From NCBI GenBank assembly GCA_035506195.1, contig DATJPV010000048.1, forward strand, positions 2,011 through 66,010: a stretch of DNA of 64,000 bases, read 5' to 3'. Under the pieces are notes generated by a model. That model worked only from the letters and a program-made list of their open reading frames with translations, did not search any database and was not told the DNA's origin. Both the position numbers and the translations under genes were made by a program. This DNA is from Patescibacteria group bacterium. GTDB taxonomy: Bacteria; Omnitrophota; Gorgyraeia; Gygaellales; Profunditerraquicolaceae. Below are positions 9,521 through 18,925 of this stretch, one piece after another. How positions within the stretch are numbered: position 1 is the first letter of the stretch; every line of letters starts with the position of its first letter.

Positions 9521-11234
9521 GAATATTCTAAGCGTCAGCATCTTTGTGTTTCTGGTGCTACTTACCTGTGCGGCCAGTTATGTGTGGCTGGCGCGCGATA
9601 ATACCCCTCCGTACGGAATCACCCCTCCTTTGCAAAGCATGCGCTTTTACCTGGCCTGGCAAGATCATGGTTTCAGGTTCTCCGATTTCGCCGCGGTTTT
9701 TGAACCGCAATACCCTCCGTTGACGCACCTTCTGTACACCGGGTACTTTCTTATCTGGGGGCTGCACACCGGCAAAGAGATGCTTGTCAATACCCTGTTT
9801 CTGGTTATCGCTCTCATCGCGCTCTATGGATTGGCCAGGGCCTTGTATGGCGAGCTTGTTGCGGTCGCAGCGGTGGCGCTCTTTTTGTCTTTCCCCGGCA
9901 CGCTTGCCTATTCCCGGCGCGGCTTCACTGAATTTGCCGTTATGGGCATGGTAACTTTAAGCATCTGGCTGCTTGTGAGAACCGAATATTTTTCGCGTCG
10001 CGCATACGCGGTGCTTTTTGGGCTGGCTTTGGGCCTGACCGCACTGACCAAATGGAGTTTCCTTCCGTTTGTCGCCGGGCCGCTGCTGGTGGTTTCCGGA
10101 TACGGATGCCTGCGCAAAGATCCTTCCCGGGCGAAACGGTACTTTCTTCTGTCTATCCTCATCGCGCTTGCCCTAAGCCTGCCATGGTACATTCCTCATA
10201 TGCGGGATGCGTGGATGCGTTTCCATATCGATAAACTCGACGCCTCACCCAGGGATTTCCTATTCACCAAAGCAAACCTTGCGGCATTCCTGCATAACTG
10301 CCGGTCTTATTTTCGGGAAAGCATTGCGGTGCCCTCGGTAAAAGCGCACATGGACCTCAATTACCTGCTTATCTTCCTGTGCGCCGGATCTTGGCGCCTT
10401 GCGTACCGCTGTTTCCATCGGGCAGGCCGCGCTGCCGTTTCCCCTGGGGCATTGGTACTTTTTTTATGGATATCCGTACCTTTCGTTACGCTCTGCCTGC
10501 CCGTTTTTACGGGAATACGCCATCCTTCGCACCTGCTGGCTGTCCTGCCCGCCTGTGCGCTTGCCTTAAGCGTTACGCTCTTACGTATCCGGCCCGCCAG
10601 CGCCAGGATTCTATTTCTTTGCGCTACCGCCGCCGTTGCATTACCCTACTGGTACATTAATCTCTGTGCGCCTTTCCTGCGGCAGCCTGCGCAAAAGAGC
10701 CTGCCCTTACAGATAGAGACGTCTTTTTCGCTGCGCCATCCGTTGTCCAGCAGGCTTCGGCTGGCAAGAGTCCTCCTTACGGACCTCCAGAGGGTTTCCC
10801 TGTTGCCTAGCCAGGAAAACTGGCGGCATAAGGACATACTGGATTTTATAGTCGAGGATCGCGCCAAAGACGCGCGCAAAGAAAAACCCGCGGTATTGCT
10901 GGTAGGGACCTCTCAGTTGTTTCGCTATCGCCAATTTGAGTATTGCAATCTGCGGATGCACGATAAGGTCATGCTTGTCGATGCCTTCCATACCCGCCTT
11001 GAGTTTTACGCGAATCTAGCCGCTTTGCATGACGCTATCTTTGACTCTCCCTTTGATTATATTGTGGTAAGGGACGGGGTGCGCTTAAATCCTCTCACGA
11101 GGGAAGCCTTTGCCCAGCAAGCCACGCTTGCCGTCCTGGAGCGCCGGCAAGAAGAGTTCCGCCGCCTCTATGTAGCGGCGATGCAGTTTGGCCTTCCGGA
11201 CGGAAGCCGGGCAATAGTCTACAGGAGGCTTTAG
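9498..11234 (+). CDS. GT-C fold (ArnT/PMT-like, GT39/GT83) membrane glycosyltransferase
   Basis: Polytopic; YPPL early loop, GLALGLTALTK, LPWY; soluble C-terminal domain. Confidence 0.7.
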   Translation: MHPMPRFKNILSVSIFVFLVLLTCAASYVWLARDNTPPYGITPPLQSMRFYLAWQDHGFRFSDFAAVFEPQYPPLTHLLYTGYFLIWGLHTGKEMLVNTLFLVIALIALYGLARALYGELVAVAAVALFLSFPGTLAYSRRGFTEFAVMGMVTLSIWLLVRTEYFSRRAYAVLFGLALGLTALTKWSFLPFVAGPLLVVSGYGCLRKDPSRAKRYFLLSILIALALSLPWYIPHMRDAWMRFHIDKLDASPRDFLFTKANLAAFLHNCRSYFRESIAVPSVKAHMDLNYLLIFLCAGSWRLAYRCFHRAGRAAVSPGALVLFLWISVPFVTLCLPVFTGIRHPSHLLAVLPACALALSVTLLRIRPASARILFLCATAAVALPYWYINLCAPFLRQPAQKSLPLQIETSFSLRHPLSSRLRLARVLLTDLQRVSLLPSQENWRHKDILDFIVEDRAKDARKEKPAVLLVGTSQLFRYRQFEYCNLRMHDKVMLVDAFHTRLEFYANLAALHDAIFDSPFDYIVVRDGVRLNPLTREAFAQQATLAVLERRQEEFRRLYVAAMQFGLPDGSRAIVYRRL

Positions 11235-11324
11235 GCGCCCGTAATAAAATGTATTGCGCAAGGTCGTATTTAGACTATACTTGAACAAAGAGAAAGGTTT
11301 TAGCAAGGGATCAGGAAGGGCTCC

Positions 11325-12365
11325 GTGCAAATGAAAAGGTATGCATATCTGTTGGTGTTCTGCGCGCTGGCCTTGGCGGTATTCATCTTGGCGCCTCATC
11401 ATAAAAGACCGCGCAATATTATTCTTATAGGATGGGATGCCGCCTCGCGGGGCACTGTCCGAAGCCTCCTGGCGCAGGGCAGGCTCCCCAACCTTAAGGC
11501 ATTGGTCTCCCGGGGGGCATTAGTCGATATCGACGCGCAGAGAAGGACGGATACCGCAGCCGGCTGGGCGGAGATATTAACCGGCTATCCGCCCGAAGAT
11601 ACCGGTGTCTGTTGCAATGCGCATTATCAGGCGATACCTCAGGGATACACCGTTTTTGAGCGCCTGAAAGATTTTTTCGGGAAAGAGAATTTTGTGACCC
11701 TGGCGGCCATCAGCAAAAAACACCACATGGATTGCACTCCTGCGCAGAAATATGACAGGATGGAGGATGTGCCGCAAGAACACCAGGGTGTCGTAAGGCC
11801 TGACGGCCGGGGCGTATATTTTCCCGGCGCGCCGTTTGCCAATGCGAAGGGCACAATGGATGTGTTCGCCAATGACCTGCGCAGTAATGACAGAGTACTG
11901 AAGGTAGCGCTGAAGCTGTTGGAGCAGTATCGTAACAAGCCGTTCTTTTTCTTTATACATTTCGGCGATATCGATGGTGCGGGGCATCAGTACGGAGGCA
12001 TCTCTCCGCAGGTAAACGACGCGATTATTTCATGCGATACTTGCTTGGGTGCGTTAATGCAGAAATTAAAAGAATATGGGATATACGACAAGACGCTGCT
12101 GTATATCACCGCCGACCATGGGCTTGATAAGGATGTAGTCTGTCCCGGGCATCACAACGCCGCCCTTATTTTCCTGGCAACCAATAATGCACGGGTCATC
12201 CGGCGCGGCACCAGGATCGACATTACCCCTACCATACTCGATGATTTCGGCATAGACCTAGGAAAGATCAGGCCGGAACTTCCAGGCAGGGCCTTGACCA
12301 ATTTGAAGCGATGCAGGTATTGCATAAGGGTGCATGAGGGCTCCGGCGGCGAGGAAGGGCAATAG
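11325..12365 (+). CDS. Alkaline phosphatase superfamily protein (NPP/phosphodiesterase-like), copy 1
   Basis: Signal/TM; IGWDA, Thr nucleophile candidate TDT, DIDGAGH, TADHG. Start may be 11325 or 11331. Confidence 0.8.
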   Translation: MQMKRYAYLLVFCALALAVFILAPHHKRPRNIILIGWDAASRGTVRSLLAQGRLPNLKALVSRGALVDIDAQRRTDTAAGWAEILTGYPPEDTGVCCNAHYQAIPQGYTVFERLKDFFGKENFVTLAAISKKHHMDCTPAQKYDRMEDVPQEHQGVVRPDGRGVYFPGAPFANAKGTMDVFANDLRSNDRVLKVALKLLEQYRNKPFFFFIHFGDIDGAGHQYGGISPQVNDAIISCDTCLGALMQKLKEYGIYDKTLLYITADHGLDKDVVCPGHHNAALIFLATNNARVIRRGTRIDITPTILDDFGIDLGKIRPELPGRALTNLKRCRYCIRVHEGSGGEEGQ

Positions 12366-12366
12366 C

Positions 12367-13974
12367 GTGGATGTCTTTTTGGCGGCCATATGCCTGGTTA
12401 TGCTGGTTCTCATCGGATCAAGAGAGGGCTGGGGGAAGGTATTAAAGATTACAGCTGCCTGGTTCCTGTTTTCGGTCGGTATGATGGAGATCTTCCTGCT
12501 TTCCGGCCACCAAAGGCACTTCCGTATTTGGCTCCCCAGTTATTTCAGCGTGTTCGGCCCTCTGCAATGGTGCGCCTGGGGCATCGGGCTTATTACTTAT
12601 TATGTAATAGGGGCAAAGACCAGGATAGCCTGCTGGATCAGGAGGCTCGCCTTGCTGTTGCTTGTGTGCATACCCATCCCCGTAATTTTCTTGTTCATCT
12701 TTCGGTTTGGGGTAAATGTGCTATATTGGGACCAGTGGCGGATAGTCCCTATCCTGGCGAGGTATCTTAACGGCACCCTGCAGTTCTCCCACCTTTTTGA
12801 AGGCATTGTTGAGCAGCGCGAATTTTTTGGCACGGTGATCACGCTTGTCACGGCCCGCCTGACTCACTACAATACCTGCGTTGAGATGTATGTGAATGCG
12901 TGCATATTATTGTTGTCATTCTGCGTAGTCTTGGCGTCTCTCAAAGAGCGCGCTCCCCTTGTTGGGAACCTGTTTTTTCTTGCGCCGATCTCCTATTTGA
13001 TGCTGGGCCCGAATCAAATCGCCAATATTTTGTATGGGGCCGGGCTTAGCTGGGTTTTGGTCCATACCTGCGCCATCGCCAGCCTCTATTTTCTTTATTC
13101 GGCCACGAAGCAGCCCGCCAGGCGCAAGGCGACCTGTACCCTCATCGTAGCCATGCTCTTGGCTACCGTCGCCACCTTTTCCTTGTCGATGGGCATGTGC
13201 GTATGGTTTGCGGGGTGTTTTTTAGCAGGCCGCCGGCCTCGGCCCGTCATCGGTAGCTGGGCGGCCCTGGGCTTGTTGGAATCGCTGTTCTATTTTCATA
13301 CCCCGGCGTTCCTTGCGCAGATGCTCGCAAAACCGCTTGCCGGCGCAGCCTCCCTGCCCGCCGCCAACCACGTTGGCTACCTAAGTTTTTTCCCTTTATT
13401 CCTTGGTTCTGCGGTAACCGGAAGATTCAATTCTTTGGCTTGGGGCATCTCGTTGTTGTCATTGTCGGCCGTTTGTCTGGCCTTGCTATATGCATATGGC
13501 CAATGGAGGCAGAACGCGCTGTGGTTAAGTATCCTGCTATTCGCGACCTGCGCAACCCTGTTGATCTTTGTAGGAAGGGTTTGCGCAAGGGCAGACCTGG
13601 CGGAAGGGCTTGCGCACAGGTATAAGATCTTTGCAATCCTTATCGTTGCCTCGCTGTATATGCTGATGTTGAATTTGCGCTTCGCCGTGAGGGGCAATTT
13701 TGTCGTTACCGGCTCATACGCCGTGCTTACCTGCCTGATCGTTATCGGCGCTCCCGTTTCTTTTTTCAATAACCTTGCCTATGCGCAAGTACAAAAAAGC
13801 CTTTACCAAAAAGCCGCGTCTGTGCTGGTTGACTACGAGGTTCAATCAGACGATGTCTTGCAGGCCCTTTACAAAGAACCGCAGTTTGTCAGAAAGAACG
13901 CGGCAGTGCTCAAGAAACTCAAATATAACGTTTTCAGCGTGCAACCGCAAAACATGCCGAAAGGAGCCCCATGA
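12367..13974 (+). CDS. Polytopic membrane protein, possible GT-C type transferase
   Basis: More than 10 hydrophobic segments, YWDQW loop motif. Start GTG 12367 after a purine-rich RBS (the ORF track extends to 12334). Confidence 0.6.
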   Translation: MDVFLAAICLVMLVLIGSREGWGKVLKITAAWFLFSVGMMEIFLLSGHQRHFRIWLPSYFSVFGPLQWCAWGIGLITYYVIGAKTRIACWIRRLALLLLVCIPIPVIFLFIFRFGVNVLYWDQWRIVPILARYLNGTLQFSHLFEGIVEQREFFGTVITLVTARLTHYNTCVEMYVNACILLLSFCVVLASLKERAPLVGNLFFLAPISYLMLGPNQIANILYGAGLSWVLVHTCAIASLYFLYSATKQPARRKATCTLIVAMLLATVATFSLSMGMCVWFAGCFLAGRRPRPVIGSWAALGLLESLFYFHTPAFLAQMLAKPLAGAASLPAANHVGYLSFFPLFLGSAVTGRFNSLAWGISLLSLSAVCLALLYAYGQWRQNALWLSILLFATCATLLIFVGRVCARADLAEGLAHRYKIFAILIVASLYMLMLNLRFAVRGNFVVTGSYAVLTCLIVIGAPVSFFNNLAYAQVQKSLYQKAASVLVDYEVQSDDVLQALYKEPQFVRKNAAVLKKLKYNVFSVQPQNMPKGAP

Positions 13975-15011
13975 TGAAACGTACATATGTGTATATACTG
14001 GCTGTCTGCGTATCGATCGCTGCGGCATGCGCCTTGGCGGTTACGTGTGTTACCGCGGGTATCGGCAAGAGGCCGCGCAGCATCATTCTTGTGGGCTGGG
14101 ACGCTGCCTCCCGGGACACCGTCCAGGGGCTCATGGCTCAAGGCAGGCTTCCGAACCTTGCGGCGCTGGTTTCCGGCGGCGCGTTCGTCGATATCGATGT
14201 CCAGAGAATAACCGATACTAAAGCCGGCTGGACGGAGATATTGACCGGCTATCCTCCGGAGATAACGGGTACGCACGACAATCACATGTATCAGCAGATA
14301 CCGCAGGGGTATACCGTTTTCGAGCGCCTGCAGGATTTTTTCGGGAAAGGCAATTTCATTACCGTAGCAGTGATCAGTAAGAAGCTCCACATGGATTGCT
14401 TTCCTCCGCAGAGATATGACAGGATCGAGGATGTGCCGGAAGATTATCAAAGCACCGTCAGGACCGAGCTTAATCCGGATGGCCAGGGATGCGTATATTT
14501 TCCCGGCGAGCCGTTCGCCGGCATAAAAGACAAGATAGACGTATTTGTGAATGACCTGCGTTCCAATAGTAACACCCTGCAGGAGGCGTTGCGGCTCCTT
14601 GAGAAGTACCGCCAGAAGCCGTTTTTCTTCTTCGTGCATTTTGGCGATATCGACGGCGCCGGGCACAAATTTGGAGTAAACGCCCCGCAGGTGGCTAATG
14701 CGGTTATCTCATGCGACGCCTGTTTAGGCGCCCTGGTGCAGAAGCTGAAGGAATACAAGATATACGATACGACGAGGATCTATGTCACTGCCGATCACGG
14801 GCTTGATACAATAGGCAATAGCCATCGCGACGCGCCTTTTATTTTTCTGGCGACCAATAATCGCAAGGTTATACGGGACGGCAGGAGGATAGATATCGCC
14901 CCTACCATACTTGAAGATTTCGGCGTAGACTTAAGCAAGATCAAGCCGGCGCTTCCCGGCTGGTCTTTGACCAAGATCAAAAGGTGCAAATATTGCGTAA
15001 GAAAGCGGTAA
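13971..15011 (+). CDS. Alkaline phosphatase superfamily protein, copy 2
   Basis: Close paralog of 11325-12365 (VGWDA, TDTKAGW, DIDGAGH, TADHG, C-terminal CKYC). Confidence 0.8.
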   Translation: MMKRTYVYILAVCVSIAAACALAVTCVTAGIGKRPRSIILVGWDAASRDTVQGLMAQGRLPNLAALVSGGAFVDIDVQRITDTKAGWTEILTGYPPEITGTHDNHMYQQIPQGYTVFERLQDFFGKGNFITVAVISKKLHMDCFPPQRYDRIEDVPEDYQSTVRTELNPDGQGCVYFPGEPFAGIKDKIDVFVNDLRSNSNTLQEALRLLEKYRQKPFFFFVHFGDIDGAGHKFGVNAPQVANAVISCDACLGALVQKLKEYKIYDTTRIYVTADHGLDTIGNSHRDAPFIFLATNNRKVIRDGRRIDIAPTILEDFGVDLSKIKPALPGWSLTKIKRCKYCVRKR

Positions 15012-15820
15012 GAATAATAACCGGCAGCTACGGCTGCCTGTGCGCATTGTTGCTGGTGGCCGGCTGTGCGGGATTGCCCAGCATAAGGGTACCGCAGAAG
15101 GCATACGATGCCGCTATCCCCATACCGGACGCGCGCCTGCCGGATTACGAAAAACTGACCTATGAAATCAGGTGGCTCGGCCTGCGCGTGGGCACGCTTA
15201 CTGCCTCCATAGTCGAAAGGAAACAGTTCCGGGACAGGGAAGTATATGTCCTTGAGGCCACCGTGAAGACAAGCGCGTTCTTTTCGAGCATCTACAAGAT
15301 AGAGGACCGTTTTGTTTCCTATGTGGACGCGCAAAAGTTGTATACCATACGGCACGAGGTATACCGCAGGGACGGCGCATACAAAAAGGACGCCGTCACC
15401 GAGTTCGACCAGGAAAGCCATAAGGCCCATTTCAAGAATTCCCTGGATATGTCGGAGAAAACCTTTGATATACCCGCGGGGGTCCACGATATCTTGAGCG
15501 CCTGTTATTATTTCATGCTTTTGCCGCTGAAGGTAGGGGATAAGATCGAGTATTCCGTATGCAATAACGAGACCAATTACCAGTTCCTCGGCCTTATCCA
15601 GCCTAAGGTATTGATACGGGTGCCTGCTTTGGGCAGGAAGGAGAGCGAGGCGTTTCTCATTCAGCCTTACGCCAAGCTTAAAGGGGAGAAGGTGGATAAA
15701 GGCAACGTAAGCGCGTATTTCAGCTGCGAAAAAAGAAGGCTGCCCTTATTGGCTACCGTGAAGGGCCCGGTATTCACGGAGGTTACTATCGTGCTTTCCA
15801 AGATAGAGAACCGGCAGTGA
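14984..15820 (+). CDS. DUF3108-like beta-rich lipoprotein
   Basis: Lipobox-like LVAGC; EKLTYEIRWLGLRVG and DILSACYY pattern typical of DUF3108. Start uncertain. Confidence 0.65.
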   Translation: MQILRKKAVRIITGSYGCLCALLLVAGCAGLPSIRVPQKAYDAAIPIPDARLPDYEKLTYEIRWLGLRVGTLTASIVERKQFRDREVYVLEATVKTSAFFSSIYKIEDRFVSYVDAQKLYTIRHEVYRRDGAYKKDAVTEFDQESHKAHFKNSLDMSEKTFDIPAGVHDILSACYYFMLLPLKVGDKIEYSVCNNETNYQFLGLIQPKVLIRVPALGRKESEAFLIQPYAKLKGEKVDKGNVSAYFSCEKRRLPLLATVKGPVFTEVTIVLSKIENRQ

Positions 15821-15856
15821 CGCACGGCTGAATTGTATACTATTTTTGGAAGAAAG

Positions 15857-15865
15857 TGGTATAAT
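15857..15865 (+). promoter_or_regulatory. Extended -10 promoter (TGGTATAAT) for the small ORF
   Basis: TGGTATAAT followed by SD AAGGAG (15873-15878) and ATG 15886. Confidence 0.55.
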
Positions 15866-15885
15866 AGGCAAAAAGGAGACCCGGA

Positions 15886-16056
15886 ATGATCGAGAGAAGC
15901 GAATACAAAGGTAAGCCGTTGATCGTCCTCAAGAGAGGCGAAGACGATAAGTTCCCTTTTTCTTTTGGCGTCACCAAGGCAAAGCTCATACTCGAGAATA
16001 TCGAGGAGATCAAGAAATTCGTGGAAGAGAACGCTCAGGACGCCCCGCAGGGATGA
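15886..16056 (+). CDS. 56-aa small protein absent from the ORF track (MIERSEYKGKPLIVLKRGEDDKFPFSFGVTKAKLILENIEEIKKFVEENAQDAPQG)
   Basis: Translated by hand; own promoter and SD; fills an otherwise empty gap. Confidence 0.8.
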   Translation: MIERSEYKGKPLIVLKRGEDDKFPFSFGVTKAKLILENIEEIKKFVEENAQDAPQG

Positions 16057-16132
16057 TTCGGCTTTAAAAAGCATCCGGGATGTGGTATGCTTTGAATAGT
16101 GGGGGAGCGTAGCTGCGCACAGGGAGGATGTC

Positions 16133-16570
16133 ATGAAAAAAGGTTTTACGCTGCTGGAATTGATCGTAGTTGTCATCATTCTGGGCGTATTGGCAATCCT
16201 TGGCTTCACCCAATATGCGACGATCATCGAGAAGTCGCGCGGCGCTGAGGCAAAGATCATCTTAGGCACTATCCGCACGCTGGGCATAGGGTATTACCTG
16301 GAATACGGCAGTTGCGTGGGGTTTGCGCCGATAGCCATGCTTGCCCACATCGGTAATGACCTAGGACAAATTCCCGGCGTCTGCCGGGAATCGCACTGGT
16401 TCAGCTATTCGGTCGTTTCGCCTTCTTTGGGCGTGATAATAGGGACGGCGACGCGTTGTGCCAGCGGCGGCAAGCCCCCTCAAGGAATAAGCGCTGCCGG
16501 AGCGACTATTATTCTCACGTCAGACCTGCTCAATAACCTCGATACCTGGGGAGGCACCGGCGGATATTAA
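16133..16570 (+). CDS. Type IV pilin-like protein (prepilin)
   Basis: MKKG|FTLLELIVVVIILGVLA class III signal with E5; GGAGG RBS. Confidence 0.9.
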   Translation: MKKGFTLLELIVVVIILGVLAILGFTQYATIIEKSRGAEAKIILGTIRTLGIGYYLEYGSCVGFAPIAMLAHIGNDLGQIPGVCRESHWFSYSVVSPSLGVIIGTATRCASGGKPPQGISAAGATIILTSDLLNNLDTWGGTGGY

Positions 16571-16596
16571 GCCTGCCGCCTGCCATCTCGGCCTAC

Positions 16597-17283
16597 ATGA
16601 AAAAAATCCCCGTCATTTTTCTTTTCGTTTTTGCCGTTGTCTGCGTGCTCTTCGTCTCCCAGTATGTTATCCGGCGCGTACAAGAGAATAAGGTCTTGAA
16701 AGAAATAATCGCCAGGCTCCAGGCAGATTCGCGGATTGCGGAAGTCCTGGTCACCGATGTCCGGCCGGATGCAACAACCGGCAAAGAACTGACCACGATC
16801 AAATTCCTGGAATACGACACCAAGGGCAGGCCCCTTGCTCCGCGCTATTTTACCTTTCCCGGCAACATCATCCAGTTCCAGTCACTGGTCATACGGTTCA
16901 ACGACCTGTATATCGCGACCAACGACCCCTTGCGAGGCAAAAGCGTATATCTTTTCTGGAAGGTCTTTATGCTTGACGGAGCCAATACCAGGGAGTTCGA
17001 AATAACCAGGATGGACCAGATCCCTCAAGGGTATAAGATAGACAGGCAGGTCCGGCCTTTCGAAAGAAGATTCTGGAAGCGATTCTGGGAGTACGCGTTG
17101 AATGCGGCAGAAGCCAAGAAAATGGGGATCAAAAATGCTCAGATCGAGGCTCCGGGAACCATGTTCGTTCCGGGCACCCTCTATACCATAAAGATAGAAC
17201 ACGACGGCGGCATGAGGATCGATACCCAGTCTCTCCCTGCGATATTACGCGGCGAGCGTATACCGAAAACAGCTGTCGAATAA
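16597..17283 (+). CDS. Hypothetical protein with N-terminal TM anchor
   Basis: 228-aa ORF, single TM, no motif I recognise. Confidence 0.7.
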   Translation: MKKIPVIFLFVFAVVCVLFVSQYVIRRVQENKVLKEIIARLQADSRIAEVLVTDVRPDATTGKELTTIKFLEYDTKGRPLAPRYFTFPGNIIQFQSLVIRFNDLYIATNDPLRGKSVYLFWKVFMLDGANTREFEITRMDQIPQGYKIDRQVRPFERRFWKRFWEYALNAAEAKKMGIKNAQIEAPGTMFVPGTLYTIKIEHDGGMRIDTQSLPAILRGERIPKTAVE

Positions 17284-17302
17284 ACAAGGCCTGCCCAGGC
17301 AG

Positions 17303-17331
17303 GGAACTTTTTCCTCCTTTTGATTGTCTAA
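17303..17331 (+). promoter_or_regulatory. ECF (sigmaE-type) promoter, copy 1
   Basis: GGAACT-17nt-GTCTAA directly upstream of the ECF sigma gene. Confidence 0.75.
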
Positions 17332-17346
17332 TACTACAGAGGATAC

Positions 17347-17898
17347 ATGCAGGATATCCCCAGAGATATTTTGATCCGGGCATCCCGGGGCAACATCGAA
17401 GCCTTCGAACATATATACAAGGCTGTTTCGGGATTTGTGTACAATGTGGCCCTGAGGATAACCAACAGCAGCCATGATGCCGAGGAGGTCACCCAGGACG
17501 TGTTCATGAAGGTGTACCGGAGCCTTCCCGGATTCCAGTTCCGCTCTTCTCTGCGGACGTGGATATACCGGATCACCGTTAATACCGCGCTCAACAGTTG
17601 TAAGAAGGCGATTAAGGAAACAAGCCGGCGCGGCGATTACGATACGGCGGTCAGGACCCAGAGCGCCCCTGAAACCGCAGATGCGCGCGCTACGCAGGCC
17701 GACCATGAGAGGGCCGTTGCGTCGCTGTTAAGCGCGCTTAACCCGGACCAGCGCGCCTGCGTCGTATTAAGGGAGATCGAAGGGTTTAGCTACAAACAGA
17801 TATCCGAGGCTTTAAAGATCAATATCAATACCGTTCGCTCAAGGCTTAAGAGGGCCAGGGAAACCCTCCTGGCTTCAAGGAAAAGCGAGGTAGGCTAA
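17347..17898 (+). CDS. ECF RNA polymerase sigma factor
   Basis: DAEEVTQDVFMK and WIYRITVN (region 2); LREIEGFSYKQIS...TVRSRLKRAR (region 4). Confidence 0.93.
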   Translation: MQDIPRDILIRASRGNIEAFEHIYKAVSGFVYNVALRITNSSHDAEEVTQDVFMKVYRSLPGFQFRSSLRTWIYRITVNTALNSCKKAIKETSRRGDYDTAVRTQSAPETADARATQADHERAVASLLSALNPDQRACVVLREIEGFSYKQISEALKININTVRSRLKRARETLLASRKSEVG

Positions 17899-17899
17899 G

Positions 17900-18391
17900 A
17901 TGGATTGCGCACACATAAAAGAACTCATTCTGACCGGTTACACCGACGGCCAGATCGACGCCAGGCTCCAGGAACAGGTCCGGGCGCATCTGGCCGCCTG
18001 CGTTGCCTGCCGGCAGCTGGCAGACGCCGTACGCAAAACCGCCGTTGAGCCGTTTAAGAAGGCAGAGCGGATCGGGCCGCCGGATGCCGTATGGCAGCGG
18101 ATAAAACAGGCCCTCATCCTGGAAGAAGAGCGCCGGCCGGCCGGCGTGCTTGAACGCCTGCGCGACTTCCTGCAGGGCGCCTATTCCCTTCCCCGGCCCG
18201 TATATGCCACTGCCGCAGCGATGCTGGTGCTTCTGGCCGCAGCTGCCTTCGCAAGGCTTCCGGCACAACAGCAAAGGACGGTAAACAGGTATTTGCAGGA
18301 GGAAGTAGAGTTCATTACCGATCTTAAAGTAGAGCCCAGGACGGCTGCGTATGATTCTCTTTCCACGAAGATCGAAAAAAGTTTTCTCTAA
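17900..18391 (+). CDS. Zinc-finger (HxxxCxxC) transmembrane anti-sigma factor
   Basis: HLAACVAC motif, one TM, directly after the ECF sigma gene. Confidence 0.85.
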   Translation: MDCAHIKELILTGYTDGQIDARLQEQVRAHLAACVACRQLADAVRKTAVEPFKKAERIGPPDAVWQRIKQALILEEERRPAGVLERLRDFLQGAYSLPRPVYATAAAMLVLLAAAAFARLPAQQQRTVNRYLQEEVEFITDLKVEPRTAAYDSLSTKIEKSFL

Positions 18392-18394
18392 AGG

Positions 18395-18423
18395 GGAACT
18401 TTTTCCCTGATGCGCATGTCTAA
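18395..18423 (+). promoter_or_regulatory. ECF (sigmaE-type) promoter, copy 2
   Basis: GGAACT-17nt-GTCTAA; same boxes and spacing as 17303-17331. Confidence 0.75.
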
Positions 18424-18441
18424 GATGACGGGAGGAAAAAA

Positions 18442-18903
18442 ATGAAGACCATGGTGAAACGGTTATGCATATATGCGACTGCGGCGGCTTTTGTATCCTG
18501 GGCGCCGCTTGCGCACGCGCAGCAGGCCGCCGGCCGTCAGGGGCCGCAAGCGGACAGGGGCCAAGAACTGGATAATTTTATCAAAGACCTGAATCTTACC
18601 CCTCAACAGCAGGAACAGATCAAGAAACAGCGTAACGAGCACTTTGAGAAGAACAGGGGAGCAGGCGATGAATTGCGGCAGAAAAGGCTGAAGCTGAAGC
18701 AGGAGCTGGAAAAAGAGGTCCCCGACAGGAAGCTGATCAATGCGCTTGTTGCCGATATCAACACGTTGACCGCAAGAAAACTCCAGGACCGGGTCGACAG
18801 CATCCTTGCGATAAAAGAGATATTGACGCCGCAGCAGTATAAAGCATTCCAGGAGAAGATCAGGAGCCATGCCGGGCCGCGAAGAGAAGGGCCGTGGCAG
18901 TAA
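18442..18903 (+). CDS. Spy/CpxP-family periplasmic protein
   Basis: Signal peptide (AHA|Q) and two LTxxQ motifs (LNLTPQQ, ILTPQQ). Confidence 0.85.
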   Translation: MKTMVKRLCIYATAAAFVSWAPLAHAQQAAGRQGPQADRGQELDNFIKDLNLTPQQQEQIKKQRNEHFEKNRGAGDELRQKRLKLKQELEKEVPDRKLINALVADINTLTARKLQDRVDSILAIKEILTPQQYKAFQEKIRSHAGPRREGPWQ

Positions 18904-18925
18904 ACACCGAGAGGAGGGTGTGTAT

